DNA of 64,000 nt from Mobula hypostoma (Eukaryota): assembly GCF_963921235.1 (NCBI RefSeq), contig NC_086108.1:4402001-4466000 (forward strand), read 5' to 3'. Numbering within the stretch: the first letter of the stretch is position 1; each line of letters opens with the position of its first letter. A model generated the notes under the pieces. That model made no database searches, was not told the origin of the DNA, and was given only the letters and a program-made list of their open reading frames with translations. A program made the position numbers and the translations under genes. Shown in pieces: positions 61,699 through 64,000 of the stretch.

Positions 61699-62082
61699 CT
61701 TATATTAAAATTTAAAATCCATGGCTGTAGTTGAGGATTTCAGCTGCGGCAGTCTAAAATGGAAATATTTGAAGATTTCCGCCAGAGCTGCTCACACGAG
61801 CTGTAATGTCGAAGCTCATCACAAGGTGTGAAAAGTATTTGGATGGATTTCATGCTGCTTGTTTTCTGCGTTTCCTTCGCTTCCAGGCTCCTTCTCCACA
61901 AGTGCTGATCAACAGCCTAATATTTGTGCTGAAGTGATTTCGGGCACTTTGCTGTCATTCCGGAGACGTATGGGTTAGGGTTAGTGAGGAGTGCGCATGT
62001 GGTGTAGGCGTGGTAACACTTGCGAGCTGCTCCCAACACATCCCCGGACTTCGCTGGTCGTTGATGCACTGTAACTAACGTA

Positions 62083-62146
62083 TGCACACACACAGAGACA
62101 CACGCACACGCACACACAGACACACACACACTCACACACATGCACA

Positions 62147-62180
<34 letters not shown>

Positions 62181-62395
62181 GACGCACACACACAGAGAAA
62201 CACACACAGACGCGCGCACAGACACAGACACAGACACACACACAGAGACGCAGATACACACACACAGACACAGACATGCACATGTACACAGACATATGCA
62301 CACATATACACAGACACAGACACACACAGAGACGGACTCACACACAGACAGACACAGCGACACAGATACACAGGCACCACACAGACACACACAAT
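62083..62395. repeat. (CA)n/(CAGACA)n microsatellite
   Basis: Seen directly in the sequence. Confidence 0.92.
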
Positions 62396-62689
62396 ACAGC
62401 AGGGCAGGTAGCATCTATGGAAATGAATAAACAGTAAAAGTTTGGGGCCGCGACCCTTCATCTGGGGCGTGTACATTTCACGGTATGTTTCACAAATATT
62501 TTCTGATACATGTCTTTGCACTGTACTGGTGCTGTAAAATAATAAATTTCAGTGGTTGAATTTAGTATCAGAGAACATATACATTTTACAACTTGAAATT
62601 CTTACTCTTTGTTGACATCCACAAAAACAGAGAAACAACAAAGAATGAGTGACAGAAAACGAAGCCCCTCCCTCTCCCACTGCACAAGC

Positions 62690-64000
62690 AGCATCAATCC
62701 TCCCCGACTCGCCCCAACATGAGCATCAACCCCCTTCCCCTCCCCCACTCACCCCAACATGACCATCAACTCCCCGTTCCCCTCCCCCACTCACCCCAAC
62801 ATGAGCATCAACTCCCCCTTCCCCTCCCCCCACTCACCCCAACGTGAGCATCAACTCCCCCTTCCCCTCCCCAACTCACCCCAACATGAGCATTAACCCC
62901 CCCTTCCCCTCCCCCACTCACCCTAACACGAGCATCAACTCCCCCTTCCCCTCCCCCACTCACCCCAACATGAGCATTAACCCCCCTTCCCCTCCCCCAC
63001 TCACCCCAACATGAGCATCAACCCCCCTTCCCCTCCCCCACTCACCCCAATGTGAGTATCAACGTCCTTCCCCTCCCCCACTCGCCCCAACATGAGCATT
63101 AACCCCCCTTCCCCTCCCCCACTCACCCCAACATGAGCATCAACTCCCCCTTCCCCTCCCCAACTCACCCCAACATGAGCATTAACCCCCCCTTCCCCTC
63201 CCCCACTCACCCTAACACGAGCATCAACTCCCCCTTCCCCTCCCCCACTCACCCCAACATGAGCATCAACCCCCCTTCCCCTCCCCCACTCACCCCAACA
63301 TGAGCATTAACCCCCCTTCCCCTCCCCCACTCACCCCAACATGAGCATCAACCCCCCTTCCCCTCCCCCACTCACCCCAACATGAGCATCAACTCCCCCT
63401 TCCCCTCCCCCCACTCACCCCAACATGAGCATTAACCCCCCTTCCCCTCCCCCACTCACCCCAACATGAGCATCAACTCCCCCTTCCCCTCCCCCACTCA
63501 CCCCAACATGAGCATCAACTCCCCCTTCCCCTCCCCCACTCACCCCAACATGAGCATTAACTCCCCCTTCCCCTCCCCCCACTCACCCCAACATGAGCAT
63601 CAACTCCCCCTTCCCCTCCCCCACTCACCCCAACATGAGCATCAACTCCCCTTCCCCTCCCCCACTCACCCCAACATGAGCATTAATCCCCCTTCCCCTC
63701 CCCCACTCACCCCAACATGAGCATCAACTCCCCCTTCCCCTCCCCCCACTCACCCCAACATGAACATCAACTCCCCCTTCCCCTCCCCCACTCACCCCAA
63801 CATGAACATCTACACCCCCTTCCCCTCCCCCACTCACCCCAACATGAGAACAACTCCCTCTTCCCCTCCCCCACTCACCCCAACATGAGCATCAACTCCC
63901 CCTTCCCCTCCCCCACTCACCCGAACATGAGCATTAACCCCCCCTTCCCCTCCCCCACTCACCCCAACATGAGCATCAACTCCCTTCCCCTCCCCCACTG
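62690..64000. repeat. ~42-bp C-rich minisatellite (CCCCTTCCCCTCCCCCACTCACCCCAACATGAGCATCAACTC), about 31 copies, open at the window end
   Basis: Seen directly in the sequence; the minus strand is rich in G-tracts. Confidence 0.93.

Noticed and set aside
61917..62521. Cys/Val-rich and His/Thr-rich ORFs
   Set aside because: These are translations of a (CA)n microsatellite.
52031..64000. DPF1 exon 4 and the downstream C2H2/PHD exons
   Set aside because: No sequence resembling the expected continuation (PLKKEG...LEALL) with splice sites could be found. It probably lies beyond the window.
62690..64000. Telomeric repeat
   Set aside because: The sequence is C-rich, but it is a ~42-bp unit with no (CCCTAA)n run.

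Overview
Eukaryotic vertebrate genomic DNA, most likely from a cartilaginous fish such as a ray (inferred from the repeat families). The only host gene is the 5' part of DPF1 (neuro-d4/BAF45B, d4 zinc-finger family) on the + strand. It has a CpG-rich promoter with paired ZNF143/THAP11-type motifs (~20190-20470) and coding exons 1-3 at 20472-20503, 49727-49887 and 51923-52030, which splice in frame into the Requiem/DPF N-terminal domain. Exon 4 is not recognisable in the window. Nearly all of the remainder is repetitive: a >13 kb 32-bp satellite (1-13211), about a dozen minisatellites (several amplified from LINE fragments), multiple decayed CR1 LINEs, Rex1/Babar-type LINE pieces, tRNA-derived SINEs, a dead IR/DR Tc1 transposon with nested insertions, and a Tc1-derived MITE. 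The most interesting non-obvious signals are: (1) a dispersed short repeat (8 loci) carrying a minimal type-I hammerhead-ribozyme motif of the Penelope-like-element kind, with one copy bounded by a 14-bp target-site duplication and three loci in inverted pairs; (2) a candidate in-frame alternative first exon of DPF1 at 38533-38552; (3) a CR1/Rex chimeric junction and a 95-bp x3 array, each found at two separate loci. Nearly all long ORFs in the ORF track are artefacts of tandem repeats or fragments of transposon genes.
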